From Methylobacterium sp. (GTDB lineage: Bacteria; Pseudomonadota; Alphaproteobacteria; Rhizobiales; Beijerinckiaceae), in NCBI RefSeq assembly GCF_019745455.1, contig NZ_JAIETD010000070.1:5517-69516 (forward strand): a stretch of 64,000 bases of DNA, written 5' to 3'. The notes below the pieces were generated by a model that was not told where the DNA came from, did not search any database, and worked only from the letters and a program-made list of their open reading frames with translations. The position numbers were made by a program, and so were the translations under genes. This document shows positions 1 to 8,242 of this stretch, one piece after another. Within the stretch, counting starts at the first letter, position 1. Each line of letters opens with the position of its first letter.

Positions 1-89
1 ATCCTTTCACTCAAGCGAATGACTGCGCCGATGCGGGATGTCAGCCTGAGGACGCTCGGTCCCCGAAGACCCGGCAGAGCCCCTCCGAC

Positions 90-818
90 GTGTTCTCCTC
101 CCACAGCTCGGTGGGGCCGACCCTCCCCACGCTCACCTTCTCTCGACGCCGTTCCGCCCCTCGCCACTTCGCCGAGCAGACCACCGCCGATCATGGAGCT
201 TTCTCCCTGAACCACATCAGTGCTGCCGATGCTCATCGAGGCAAACCGATCGCGACGGCGCCTCTTCCCTCGTCCGCGTTCAAGGCACCGGCTATCCTGC
301 TCTCGGGCCCCGTGGACGACGCCATGTACCGGGATTTCCGGCGCCAGCTCGATCAAGCCTCGGAGCGGGAACTGGTCGTCGTCGAACTGTCGACGCTCGG
401 CGGCGATCCTGATGTCGCCCGGATGATGGGGGAGGATATCCGCTTTCATGCCGGGCTGACGCCGGAGCGGCGCTTCGTCTTCCTCGGAAAGGCGGTGATC
501 TATTCCGCCGGCACCACCGTCATGAGCTTCTTCGCGCGCCGCGACCGTTACCTCACGCGCAATACCCGGGTCATGATCCACGAGCGCAAGCTGTCGAAGG
601 ACCTGTCGCTCAACGGCCCGCTCACAACCTGCATCGCGACCGTTAAAGCAGCCCTGAACGAGATCGAGTGCTCGATCGAGATGCAGAACGAAGGCTTTGC
701 GGCCCTTGTCAGGGGATCGTCCGTGACCATGGAGGAGGTTCTGAGGCGCGCCCCGTCGAACTGGTATATCGGCGCCGAGGAAGCCAAGATGCTGGGCCTG
801 ATCGAAGGCGTGATCTGA
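90..818 (+). CDS. ClpP-like peptidase (S14 family)
   Basis: ClpP-like motifs: LLSGPVD, LSTLGGD, YSAG (candidate catalytic Ser) and VMIHE (candidate catalytic His). Start (GTG at 90) uncertain. Confidence 0.8.
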   Translation: MFSSHSSVGPTLPTLTFSRRRSAPRHFAEQTTADHGAFSLNHISAADAHRGKPIATAPLPSSAFKAPAILLSGPVDDAMYRDFRRQLDQASERELVVVELSTLGGDPDVARMMGEDIRFHAGLTPERRFVFLGKAVIYSAGTTVMSFFARRDRYLTRNTRVMIHERKLSKDLSLNGPLTTCIATVKAALNEIECSIEMQNEGFAALVRGSSVTMEEVLRRAPSNWYIGAEEAKMLGLIEGVI

Positions 819-1060
819 CTCAAGATGCCGCACCGTTTCGGGTGGACAGGGTCAGCACCGTCTTAGCGATCCTCCTGCAAGGGATGCCGATCGCTGATCG
901 CGATGTGGGCCCGTTCGCTGAGCCCAAGGGCGACGCCGACGAACGTCAATGCTCCGATCGCATCGCTAGCGCGTTGCGTCCGCGCTTTGGAATGCATCGG
1001 TGGCCCGGCACCCGAGGTGCCGCTCGAGGCCGAGCGTTCGGCGCCCTGCCTTCCCACACC

Positions 1061-1288
1061 CTACTTCGTGATCCGCTTGGGTGAGATTGGATCGCTCGCC
1101 GGGAAGGTTTCCTCGATGGCCTCGTCGAGGAGTCGCTCCTGACGCTCCCTCAGGTCCTCATCGGAAACGCGATTTCCCGGCGCAGAATCCGCAGCCCGAT
1201 CGGCTACGAACTGGCCGCTCGTTCGCGATTCTTCACGGTGCGTCGTCTCCGGAGCGGCCGGTGTGTCGTTCGTCTTGGGACCCGTCAT
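1061..1288 (-). CDS. Small acidic hypothetical protein with LDEAIEETFPASDP motif
   Basis: Motif typical of small proteobacterial stress-associated hypothetical proteins. Second ATG (MTGPK) chosen as start. Confidence 0.65.
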   Translation of the reverse strand: MTGPKTNDTPAAPETTHREESRTSGQFVADRAADSAPGNRVSDEDLRERQERLLDEAIEETFPASDPISPKRITK

Positions 1289-1375
1289 GAAAATCTCCAT
1301 CCGAGCGGAACAGGGAATCGATCAGCGAGGAGCCCGACGGTCAGCAGCGGAGTGCTTCACCATCGCGATTCGACA

Positions 1376-1732
1376 TCATTTCACCAGCCAGAGCGCCAAG
1401 CCGACGATGACTGGGACAAGGGCGACGAAGCCGACGAAGAGGTACGGCACGCCTCGGGCGCCCCTGCCGTGCGGGTCGACGGACCGCCTAACCCTCTCGG
1501 ACGCTGCTTCGGTTTCGCGCGCCAGCGCGATCCGCTCGGGCGAGGGCGCGTTGCCGGCGACCTCGTCGTCGGTGCCGAGCGGGGACAGGCCGACGTCGTA
1601 ATGATCGATCTTGTCGCCAGTGCGCCCACTGTCGATGTCGGCCTTCAGCATCGCCGTGGTGGGCTTGTCCGAAACGGGAGGCGTTGCGGCGGCGATGTCG
1701 GCGGGAGCGGGTGGATCCTCGGATCTGAACAT
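1376..1732 (-). CDS. Small C-terminally membrane-anchored hypothetical protein
   Basis: LKADIDSGRTGDK...LSPLGTDDE motif, C-terminal hydrophobic helix, AGGAG RBS before MFRSEDP, EcfG-type promoter upstream. Confidence 0.7.
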   Translation of the reverse strand: MFRSEDPPAPADIAAATPPVSDKPTTAMLKADIDSGRTGDKIDHYDVGLSPLGTDDEVAGNAPSPERIALARETEAASERVRRSVDPHGRGARGVPYLFVGFVALVPVIVGLALWLVK

Positions 1733-1765
1733 GGTGGTGAGCACTCCTGCACGTCTAATCGAGGC

Positions 1766-1791
1766 AACGGCCAGACCCCTGCCGATGTTCG
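1766..1791 (-). promoter_or_regulatory. sigma-EcfG (general stress) promoter-like site
   Basis: Minus strand reads CGAAC-N17-CGTT, ~35 nt upstream of the 1732 start. Confidence 0.55.
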
Positions 1792-2122
1792 CGACTGCGG
1801 CGCTGATGCCGCCTCTGCGGGTCGATCAACTGTCGCGCCGGATCGACATGCGATCCGTGCAGGGGCTTGGACCTGAATGGGCCGGTCGAGCGCTCATGTA
1901 CCGGTTCGGCCGAGCCCTCGCTCTGGTCGGCGGGTCCACGGAGCATCGCGCGATCCCGACGGAGGATCGGGGCGCTGGGCGCGAATGGCGGATGAGAGGA
2001 GTCGAGACGCGATGTCGTCGCGGCGCAGGGCAACAGCGCCCAGGCTTGCCGGCCGCACCGGAGGAGAAACCGGCGACAGGATCATCCGACGGGATCCGGT
2101 AAGGACGTCTCGGCCTTGCTAC

Positions 2123-3238
2123 CTAGATCTCCACCGCCGCGAGTCGGCCCGTCCCGACGCCCTGCGGGTCGAAGGCGACGCTCTTGATGATCGCGAAGAC
2201 CGGTTGGCCCGGCTCGAGGCCGAGATCGCGCACGGAGGCGCGGGTCAGGCGGGCAGCGAGCAGCACGCCGTTGCAGTCGATCTCGGCCAGCATGGAGGCC
2301 TCACCGGCCGGCGAGACGCCGAGGAGGCGGCCGCAGATCAGGTTGCGGGCGCTGAGGCCCACAGGGGCCCTGAGGGCGACGAGGACGTCGCGGGCCGGCA
2401 CGCGGATGCGCACCTCCGCGCCGACATCCTGGGACAGGCGGGGGACCGCGAGCCTCCCGATCCGACCGGTGAGGCGCGTCAGGCCCAGTTCCTCGTCATG
2501 CGCCTCCACGACCATGTCGAGGAGGGCGCCGGCTTCCGCATCGTGGACGGGAACGAGGTCCGCGCGCCGCAAGATCGCATCGGTCGGCCCCATTGCGGCG
2601 ACACGGCCCGCCTCCAGCACGACCACCGTGGCGGCGAGGCGCGCCACCTCGGCGACCGCGTGGCTGACATAGAGAATCGGGATGCCGGCGGCGTCGCGCA
2701 GGCGCTCGATGCAGGACAGGATCTCGGCCTTGCGCGCCTCGTCGAGGGCGGCGAGCGGTTCGTCCATGAGGAGGAGCCGCGGCCGGCTCAGGAGCGCCCG
2801 GCCGATGGCGACGCGCTGACCCTCACCGCCCGATAGACCGGCGGGGCTCCGGCTGAGGAGGTGGCCGATACCGAGGAGGTCGACGATGCCATCCTCGGTG
2901 AGGCCGGTGGTCTCGGGCCGCGCCTTCGCGAACCAGCGCCCATAGCCGAGATTCTGCCGCACGGTCAGATGGGGAAGCAGGCGTGGCTGCTGAAACACGG
3001 TGGCGATGCGGCGGCGATGGGCCGGAATGGCGATCAGGCGCCCGGTATCGAGCAAGGTCTCGTCACCGAGTGTGATGATCCCATGATCGGGGCGGACGAG
3101 GCCGGCGACGAGGTCGATCACCGTCGTCTTGCCCGAGCCCGAACGGCCGAACAGAGCGGTCAGGCCACGCCCGGCCGTGAAGGCGGCTTCGAGGGCGAAA
3201 GCACCGCGGATCAGCTGGAGGTCGACGACGAGGGTCAT
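2123..3238 (-). CDS. modC: Molybdate ABC transporter ATP-binding protein
   Basis: Walker A GRSGSGKT, LSGGE signature, LLLMDEP, C-terminal TOBE-like region, modAB context. Confidence 0.95.
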   Translation of the reverse strand: MTLVVDLQLIRGAFALEAAFTAGRGLTALFGRSGSGKTTVIDLVAGLVRPDHGIITLGDETLLDTGRLIAIPAHRRRIATVFQQPRLLPHLTVRQNLGYGRWFAKARPETTGLTEDGIVDLLGIGHLLSRSPAGLSGGEGQRVAIGRALLSRPRLLLMDEPLAALDEARKAEILSCIERLRDAAGIPILYVSHAVAEVARLAATVVVLEAGRVAAMGPTDAILRRADLVPVHDAEAGALLDMVVEAHDEELGLTRLTGRIGRLAVPRLSQDVGAEVRIRVPARDVLVALRAPVGLSARNLICGRLLGVSPAGEASMLAEIDCNGVLLAARLTRASVRDLGLEPGQPVFAIIKSVAFDPQGVGTGRLAAVEI

Positions 3239-3951
3239 CGATCGCCTGCGATACGGTGAGCGAGGCGCCGGGCCAGGATCTCAGAAGCGAGGACAGCCGC
3301 GAGCGCAATGACGACCGAGATCAGGGTAAGGCGCAGGGCACCGGCCTCGCCGCCCGGCACCTGCGTGAGGGTGTAGATCGCCGAAGGCAGGGTCTGGGTC
3401 TCGCCGGGGATGTTGGACACGAAGGTGATGGTGGCGCCGAACTCGCCCATCGCTTTCGCAAAGGCCAGCACCGCGCCGGCGAGGATGCCGGGAAGGCTCA
3501 AGGGCAGCGTCACCGTGAGGAAGACGGCGAGAGGGCGCGCGCCGAGCGTGGCCGCCGCCTGTTCGAGTCGCCGGTCCACCGCCTCGATCGACAGGCGCAT
3601 GGCCCGCACCATCAGCGGAAAGCCCATGATGGCGCAGGCGAGCGCTGCCCCGGTCCAGCGGAACGAGAGCACGATTCCGAACTCGGCCAGCACCGATCCG
3701 ATCGGTCCTCGCCGTCCGAAAGCGAGGAGCAGGAGGTAACCTGTCACCACCGGCGGCAGGATCAGCGGCAGGTAGACGAGCCCGTCGAGGAGCGCCCGGC
3801 CGGGAAAACGCTTTCGCGCCAGGAGATAGGCAATCCCGAGGCCAGGCCCGAGGCTCGCCAGGGTCGCGACGCTGGCGACCTTGATGCTGAGCCAGATGGC
3901 CGTGACTTCGTCGGGCATGAGGCCGAGCCAAGCGGTCACGGCCGTAGCCAT
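3235..3951 (-). CDS. modB: Molybdate ABC transporter permease
   Basis: LPLILPPVVTG and EFGATITFVSNIPGETQTLP motifs. Start could instead be 3918. Confidence 0.95.
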   Translation of the reverse strand: MATAVTAWLGLMPDEVTAIWLSIKVASVATLASLGPGLGIAYLLARKRFPGRALLDGLVYLPLILPPVVTGYLLLLAFGRRGPIGSVLAEFGIVLSFRWTGAALACAIMGFPLMVRAMRLSIEAVDRRLEQAAATLGARPLAVFLTVTLPLSLPGILAGAVLAFAKAMGEFGATITFVSNIPGETQTLPSAIYTLTQVPGGEAGALRLTLISVVIALAAVLASEILARRLAHRIAGDR

Positions 3952-3972
3952 CTCCCCTTTCCGCAGGGGAGA
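3951..3972. repeat. Hairpin TCTCCCCT-TTCCGC-AGGGGAGA, resembling one arm of the alphaproteobacterial palindromic repeat
   Basis: Perfect 8-bp stem between modA and modB, similar to the arms of the element at 8105-8218. Confidence 0.5.
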
Positions 3973-3985
3973 GTCGCTGCGTCGC

Positions 3986-4783
3986 TCACGTCCGGTTCTC
4001 GGCGCCGATCACGGTGAAGCCCTGACGCTCGAAGAAGACCCGCGCGGGGGCGCTACGCAGATAGGCAAGGAGCGAGACCGCGTCGGGATTGGTCGACTCC
4101 TTCGTGACGGCCAACGGATAGATCACGGGCGGATGGCTGTTCGCCGGGAAGGTGCCGACCACGCGCACGCTCGGATCGGAGACCGCATCGGTCGCATAGA
4201 CAATGCCGAGAGGGGCCTCGCCACGGGCAACGAGGAGCAGGGCGGCGCGCACGTTCTCGGCCTGGGCGAGCTTGTCCTTCACGCCGCTCCAGGCGCCGAC
4301 CGTTTCCAACGCCGCCTTGCCGTACTTGCCGGCGGGCACCGCGTCGACATTGGCGACCGCGAGGCGGCCACCGCCCAGGCGGCCGACGAGATCGAGGCCG
4401 GGAGTGAGCGCGATCGCCTCGGGCTTGTCCTTAGGCGCGATGAGCACGAGGGCATTGCGCAGGATGTTGCTTCGGGTGCCGGGCCGAAGGGCAGCCTTCT
4501 TTTCGGCGTAGTCCATCCAATCGAGGTCGGCCGAGAAGTACAGGTCGGCTGGCGCACCCGCCTCGATCTGCTTGGCGAGCGCGCTTGACGCCGCGTAGGA
4601 CATCTTGGCGACCTTGCCGGTCTCCTTCGACCAGGCCGTCACGGCATCGTCGAGGGCGTTCTTGAGGCTGGCGGCAGCGAAGACGATGACGGGAGGCTCA
4701 GTCGACGTCGAGATCGACGCGGGCAAGATACCCGAGACCGCACCTATCGCGAGGGCGATCCACCACCGTCTCGTTGGCTTCAT
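3986..4783 (-). CDS. modA: Molybdate ABC transporter substrate-binding protein
   Basis: VFAAASL, SSALAKQIEAGAPADLYFSAD and VPAGKYGKAAL motifs, signal peptide. Confidence 0.95.
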   Translation of the reverse strand: MKPTRRWWIALAIGAVSGILPASISTSTEPPVIVFAAASLKNALDDAVTAWSKETGKVAKMSYAASSALAKQIEAGAPADLYFSADLDWMDYAEKKAALRPGTRSNILRNALVLIAPKDKPEAIALTPGLDLVGRLGGGRLAVANVDAVPAGKYGKAALETVGAWSGVKDKLAQAENVRAALLLVARGEAPLGIVYATDAVSDPSVRVVGTFPANSHPPVIYPLAVTKESTNPDAVSLLAYLRSAPARVFFERQGFTVIGAENRT

Positions 4784-4823
4784 GAAATTCGCGCTCCGGC
4801 ACCCCGATGCCGGAGCCGCAGGA

Positions 4824-5060
4824 TCATAGGTCCGCGTCGCGCGAGGGCAAGCGTCCAGAACCATCCGAGCCGAGAGTGTCCATCGGAGAACTCTCGGTCC
4901 GGTGCAGGCGGCTCAACAGCACAAGCAATTGGCCCGGCACGGGCGCGGACAGCGCCTGGGCGTCGAACGTCTCCCCTCGCTCGCGCTTGCGGCGACGCCT
5001 CGACGGCACCCCAGACGCGAGAACCACCGGCGCTTTGCGGCCGGCTTTCTTGGTAACCAT
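4824..5060 (-). CDS. 78-aa hypothetical protein with partial NepR-like motif
   Basis: ATG at 5060 lies ~50 nt downstream of an exact EcfG promoter. The segment FDAQALSAPVPGQLLVLLSRL resembles the NepR C-terminal helix. Confidence 0.5.
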   Translation of the reverse strand: MVTKKAGRKAPVVLASGVPSRRRRKRERGETFDAQALSAPVPGQLLVLLSRLHRTESSPMDTLGSDGSGRLPSRDADL

Positions 5061-5110
5061 ACTCACACGCACCCTCGACTGTCGGGCCGACCTCGTAAGA
5101 AGCCACCGAA

Positions 5111-5135
5111 AACGCGGCACCGACGATGGTGTTCC
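5111..5135 (-). promoter_or_regulatory. sigma-EcfG promoter
   Basis: Plus strand AACG-N16-GTTCC = GGAAC-N16-CGTT on the minus strand, exact consensus. Confidence 0.7.
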
Positions 5136-5226
5136 TGCCGAACCCGAACAACTGAACCGTTCGCGACACGATGCATCATCAGCGCAAAGGTGGCGGCGAT
5201 GCGGGCCGGGTGATAGAGCCGGCGCC

Positions 5227-6144
5227 ATGCTCGAAGGCCTGCCTCCCCACCGCCCGACTCACGTCCTGCGCCTCCTGACCGACGAGGGCTCCGCCAGGGC
5301 GATGACCGATCTTCTGGGCGAGATGTTCGACCCGACCCAGACGGCGGTCGCCGCCTTCGAGGCCGAGGACGGCAAGACCTGGCGGCTCGAGGCCTATTTC
5401 GCCGATGCGCCGGACGAGGCGATGATCCGGGACATGATCCGGCCGGTGGTCGGGAACCAGGCCGATGCCGCGAGCTTCGAGACCATCGATCAGCAGGATT
5501 GGGTCCGCGCCTCCCTCGAAGGCCTGAAGCCGGTGCGGGCCGGCCGCTTCCTCGTCCACGGCTCGCACGACCGCGACACCGTGCGGGTGAACGACCTCGC
5601 CATCGAGATCGAGGCGGCGCTGGCCTTCGGCACCGGCCATCACGGTACGACGCTGGGCTGCCTCAAGGCGCTCGCCCGCGTGCTCAAGCGCGGCCGGCCG
5701 GCCCATGTCCTCGATGTCGGCACTGGCACAGGCATCCTCGCCTTTGCCGCCGCCAAGGCCCTGCGCCGGACCGTGATCGCCGGCGATCTCGACCCCGAGG
5801 CAGTGGTGACGGCCATCGGCAATGCGCGTCTCAACGGACTGGGGCCTTACCTGCGACTCTATCAGGGGCCGGGCGTGCGCCACCCCCTCGCCGACCGGAA
5901 GCGGCGCTTCGACGTGGTCTTCGCCAATATCCTGGCCCGGCCGCTGAAGCGCCTCGCGCCCTCGCTCACCGCCACCGTGGCCGATCGCGGCGTGCTGATC
6001 CTCTCGGGCCTGATCGAGCGTGACGTGCCGGGCGTACTCTCGACCTACCGCCATCGCGGATTTCATCTCGCCGAACAGGGCGTGATCGAGGGCTGGGCGA
6101 CGCTCGTTCTGCGCCGGGGCGGGGCAGCACCGCGGCCGCGCTGA
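5227..6144 (+). CDS. prmA: Ribosomal protein L11 methyltransferase
   Basis: QDWV, AFGTGHHGTT, VLDVGTGTGIL, ANILARPL and LILSGL motifs. Confidence 0.92.
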   Translation: MLEGLPPHRPTHVLRLLTDEGSARAMTDLLGEMFDPTQTAVAAFEAEDGKTWRLEAYFADAPDEAMIRDMIRPVVGNQADAASFETIDQQDWVRASLEGLKPVRAGRFLVHGSHDRDTVRVNDLAIEIEAALAFGTGHHGTTLGCLKALARVLKRGRPAHVLDVGTGTGILAFAAAKALRRTVIAGDLDPEAVVTAIGNARLNGLGPYLRLYQGPGVRHPLADRKRRFDVVFANILARPLKRLAPSLTATVADRGVLILSGLIERDVPGVLSTYRHRGFHLAEQGVIEGWATLVLRRGGAAPRPR

Positions 6145-6196
6145 GCAAGGTCCCGCGAGCTTGCCGCTGACGCGAGCCGGGCTTAACCCTCGGCTC

Positions 6197-8020
6197 ATGA
6201 CGCCCCGCTTCCAGACCTTCGACGACCCGAGCCACCGCGAAGGTGCTTCCCGCATCACGGCCCTGCGCGCTGCCCTGCGCGAAGCCGGCTTCGACGGCTT
6301 CGTGGTGCCGCGCGCCGACGAGCATCAATCCGAATACGTACCCGCCAATGCCGAGCGCCTGTCCTGGCTGACGGGCTTCACCGGCTCGGCCGGGACGGCG
6401 GTCGTCCTCCTCGACGAGGCAGCCCTGGTGGTGGACGGGCGCTACACGCTTCAGGCACCCGATCAGGTCGACATTGCCGTGATCACGCCGGTTCAGCTCG
6501 CCGAGACCAGCGTCGAGGCCTGGATCTCGGCGCATTCGAAACCCGGCGCGGTGCTCGGCTACGATCCGTGGCTCCATACCGCCGAGGGCGTCGGACGCCT
6601 GGAGAAGGCCGCGGCCAAGGCGGGAGCCTCGCTGCGCGCCGTGGCCACAAATCCCGTCGACGCGGTCTGGCGCGACCGGCCGGCTGCACCCTCCGGCCAC
6701 GTCGTCCCCCATTCCGAGGCCCTCGCCGGCGAGACCTCCGCACAGAAGCTGACGCGGCTGCGCGAGGCGCTCAGCGAGGCGGGCTGCGACGCTCTCGTCG
6801 TCTCCGATCCGCACAACCTCGCCTGGGCGTTCAACCTGCGGGGCGGCGACGTTGCCCACACGCCCCTGGCGCTCGGCTATGCGATCCTCCCGCGCGAAGG
6901 TCGCGCCGCGCTGTTCCTGACCTCCGAAACCATCGCTCCGGACCTGCTCAAGGCGCTCGAACCCCTCGCCGACATTCACCCGCGTTCCGCCCTGGACGCC
7001 GCCCTCTGTCAGCTGACGGGCCGCGTCCGGCTCGATTCCGCGACGGCTGCGGTCGCATTGAAAGAACGGATCGAGGTCGCCGGCGCCGTCGCGGATGTCG
7101 GCGCAGACCCGATCACCGCCATGAAGGCAGTCAAGAACGCTGCCGAGATCGCGGGGACACGTGCCGCCCACTACCGCGACGGCCTCGCCGTCACCCGCTT
7201 CCTCGCCTGGGTCGATCGCCAGCCCGCCGGCTCGCTCACCGAGATCGCCGCGGTCGAGGCGCTCGAGGATTTCCGAAGCGAGGACGGCGAGCTCCACGAC
7301 GTCTCGTTCCCGACGATTTCCGGGAGCGGCCCCAACGGCGCGATCGTGCATTACCGCGTCACGCACGGCACCGACCGGACGGTGAGAGACAGCGAGTTGT
7401 TCCTGATCGATTCTGGCGCGCAATATGTCGACGGCACCACCGACATCACCCGCACGGTCGCCATCGGCACACCAAGTACCGAAATGCGGGACCGCTACAC
7501 GCGGGTGCTCAAAGGACATATCGCGATCGCCCGCGCGATTTTTCCGAAGGGCACGACGGGTGCGCAGGTCGACAGCTTCGCGCGGGCGCCGCTGTGGCAG
7601 GCAGGTCTCGATTTCGACCACGGCACCGGCCACGGCGTCGGTGCCTTCCTGTCGGTCCATGAGGGGCCGCAGCGCATCGCCAAGACCGGCCAGGTCGCGC
7701 TGGCTCCCGGCATGATCCTGTCGAACGAGCCGGGCTATTACCGGGCCGGCGCCTACGGCATCCGCATCGAGAACCTGATCCTCGTCGAACCACGGGAGGT
7801 CGCGGGCGGCGAGCGGCCGATGCTCGGCTTCGAGACGCTGACGCTGGCGCCCTACGACCGGCGCCTGATCGAGACCTCGCTCCTCGATGCCGGCGAACTC
7901 GCCTGTATCGACGCCTATCATGCCAGGGTGCGCGAGGCGCTCGCGCCATCGCTCGACGATGAGACGCGAGCTTGGCTTGAGGATGTAACCCGCCCCCTCG
8001 AGCCGGCGAAGGTGGGGTAG
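6197..8020 (+). CDS. Xaa-Pro aminopeptidase (M24B, aminopeptidase P)
   Basis: DEHQSEY, LTGFTGSAG, DSGAQYVDGTTDITRT, HGTGHGVG and SNEPGYY motifs. Confidence 0.95.
   Translation: MTPRFQTFDDPSHREGASRITALRAALREAGFDGFVVPRADEHQSEYVPANAERLSWLTGFTGSAGTAVVLLDEAALVVDGRYTLQAPDQVDIAVITPVQLAETSVEAWISAHSKPGAVLGYDPWLHTAEGVGRLEKAAAKAGASLRAVATNPVDAVWRDRPAAPSGHVVPHSEALAGETSAQKLTRLREALSEAGCDALVVSDPHNLAWAFNLRGGDVAHTPLALGYAILPREGRAALFLTSETIAPDLLKALEPLADIHPRSALDAALCQLTGRVRLDSATAAVALKERIEVAGAVADVGADPITAMKAVKNAAEIAGTRAAHYRDGLAVTRFLAWVDRQPAGSLTEIAAVEALEDFRSEDGELHDVSFPTISGSGPNGAIVHYRVTHGTDRTVRDSELFLIDSGAQYVDGTTDITRTVAIGTPSTEMRDRYTRVLKGHIAIARAIFPKGTTGAQVDSFARAPLWQAGLDFDHGTGHGVGAFLSVHEGPQRIAKTGQVALAPGMILSNEPGYYRAGAYGIRIENLILVEPREVAGGERPMLGFETLTLAPYDRRLIETSLLDAGELACIDAYHARVREALAPSLDDETRAWLEDVTRPLEPAKVG
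7985..8010 (+). promoter_or_regulatory. sigmaF/EcfF-type ECF promoter inside the 3' end of the aminopeptidase P gene
   Basis: GTAACC-N16-CGAA, the same motif and spacing as the site upstream of the ECF operon (32064-32089). Confidence 0.55.
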
Positions 8021-8104
8021 CGGTTGCCGCAGTCACGCCTTCGCGCGTTGGCCGGCGAGAGCGCGCGGCTTATTTAGGTCGCAACGGTATCGAAGAGTGG
8101 CACG

Positions 8105-8218
8105 TCCCTTCTCCCTTGTGGGGAGGGGTTCGGGGTGGGGGTGGTTCCGCTAGCCTCCGAAAGTTGAGGGTCACTCAGCCACCCCTACCTCCCTGCTCCT
8201 CCCCGCAAGGGGGAGGAG
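8105..8218. repeat. Alphaproteobacterial intergenic palindromic repeat (CIR/REP-like miniature element)
   Basis: Left arm CCCTTCTCCCTTGTGGGGAGGGGTTCGGGGTGGGGG and inverted right arm CACCCCTACCTCCCTGCTCCTCCCCGCAAGGGGGAGG, each with an internal CTCCC/GGGAG hairpin. Confidence 0.8.
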
Positions 8219-8242
8219 TGGCGAATAAACCCGAAGGACGCG

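Noticed and set aside
863-1057. 64-aa minus-strand ORF with a short hydrophobic stretch
   Set aside because: No clear RBS or motif; cannot be supported.
1850-2110. Possible small gene between the stress genes and modC
   Set aside because: Several short frames, none with a recognisable motif or consistent codon bias.
5053-5079. GTAACC upstream of prmA
   Set aside because: Followed by CGAC at N17 rather than CGAA at N16, and it overlaps the start codon of the opposite-strand ORF.
8098-8112. TGGCAC suggesting a sigma54 promoter
   Set aside because: The -12 element reads TTCT rather than TTGC and is part of the repeat arm.
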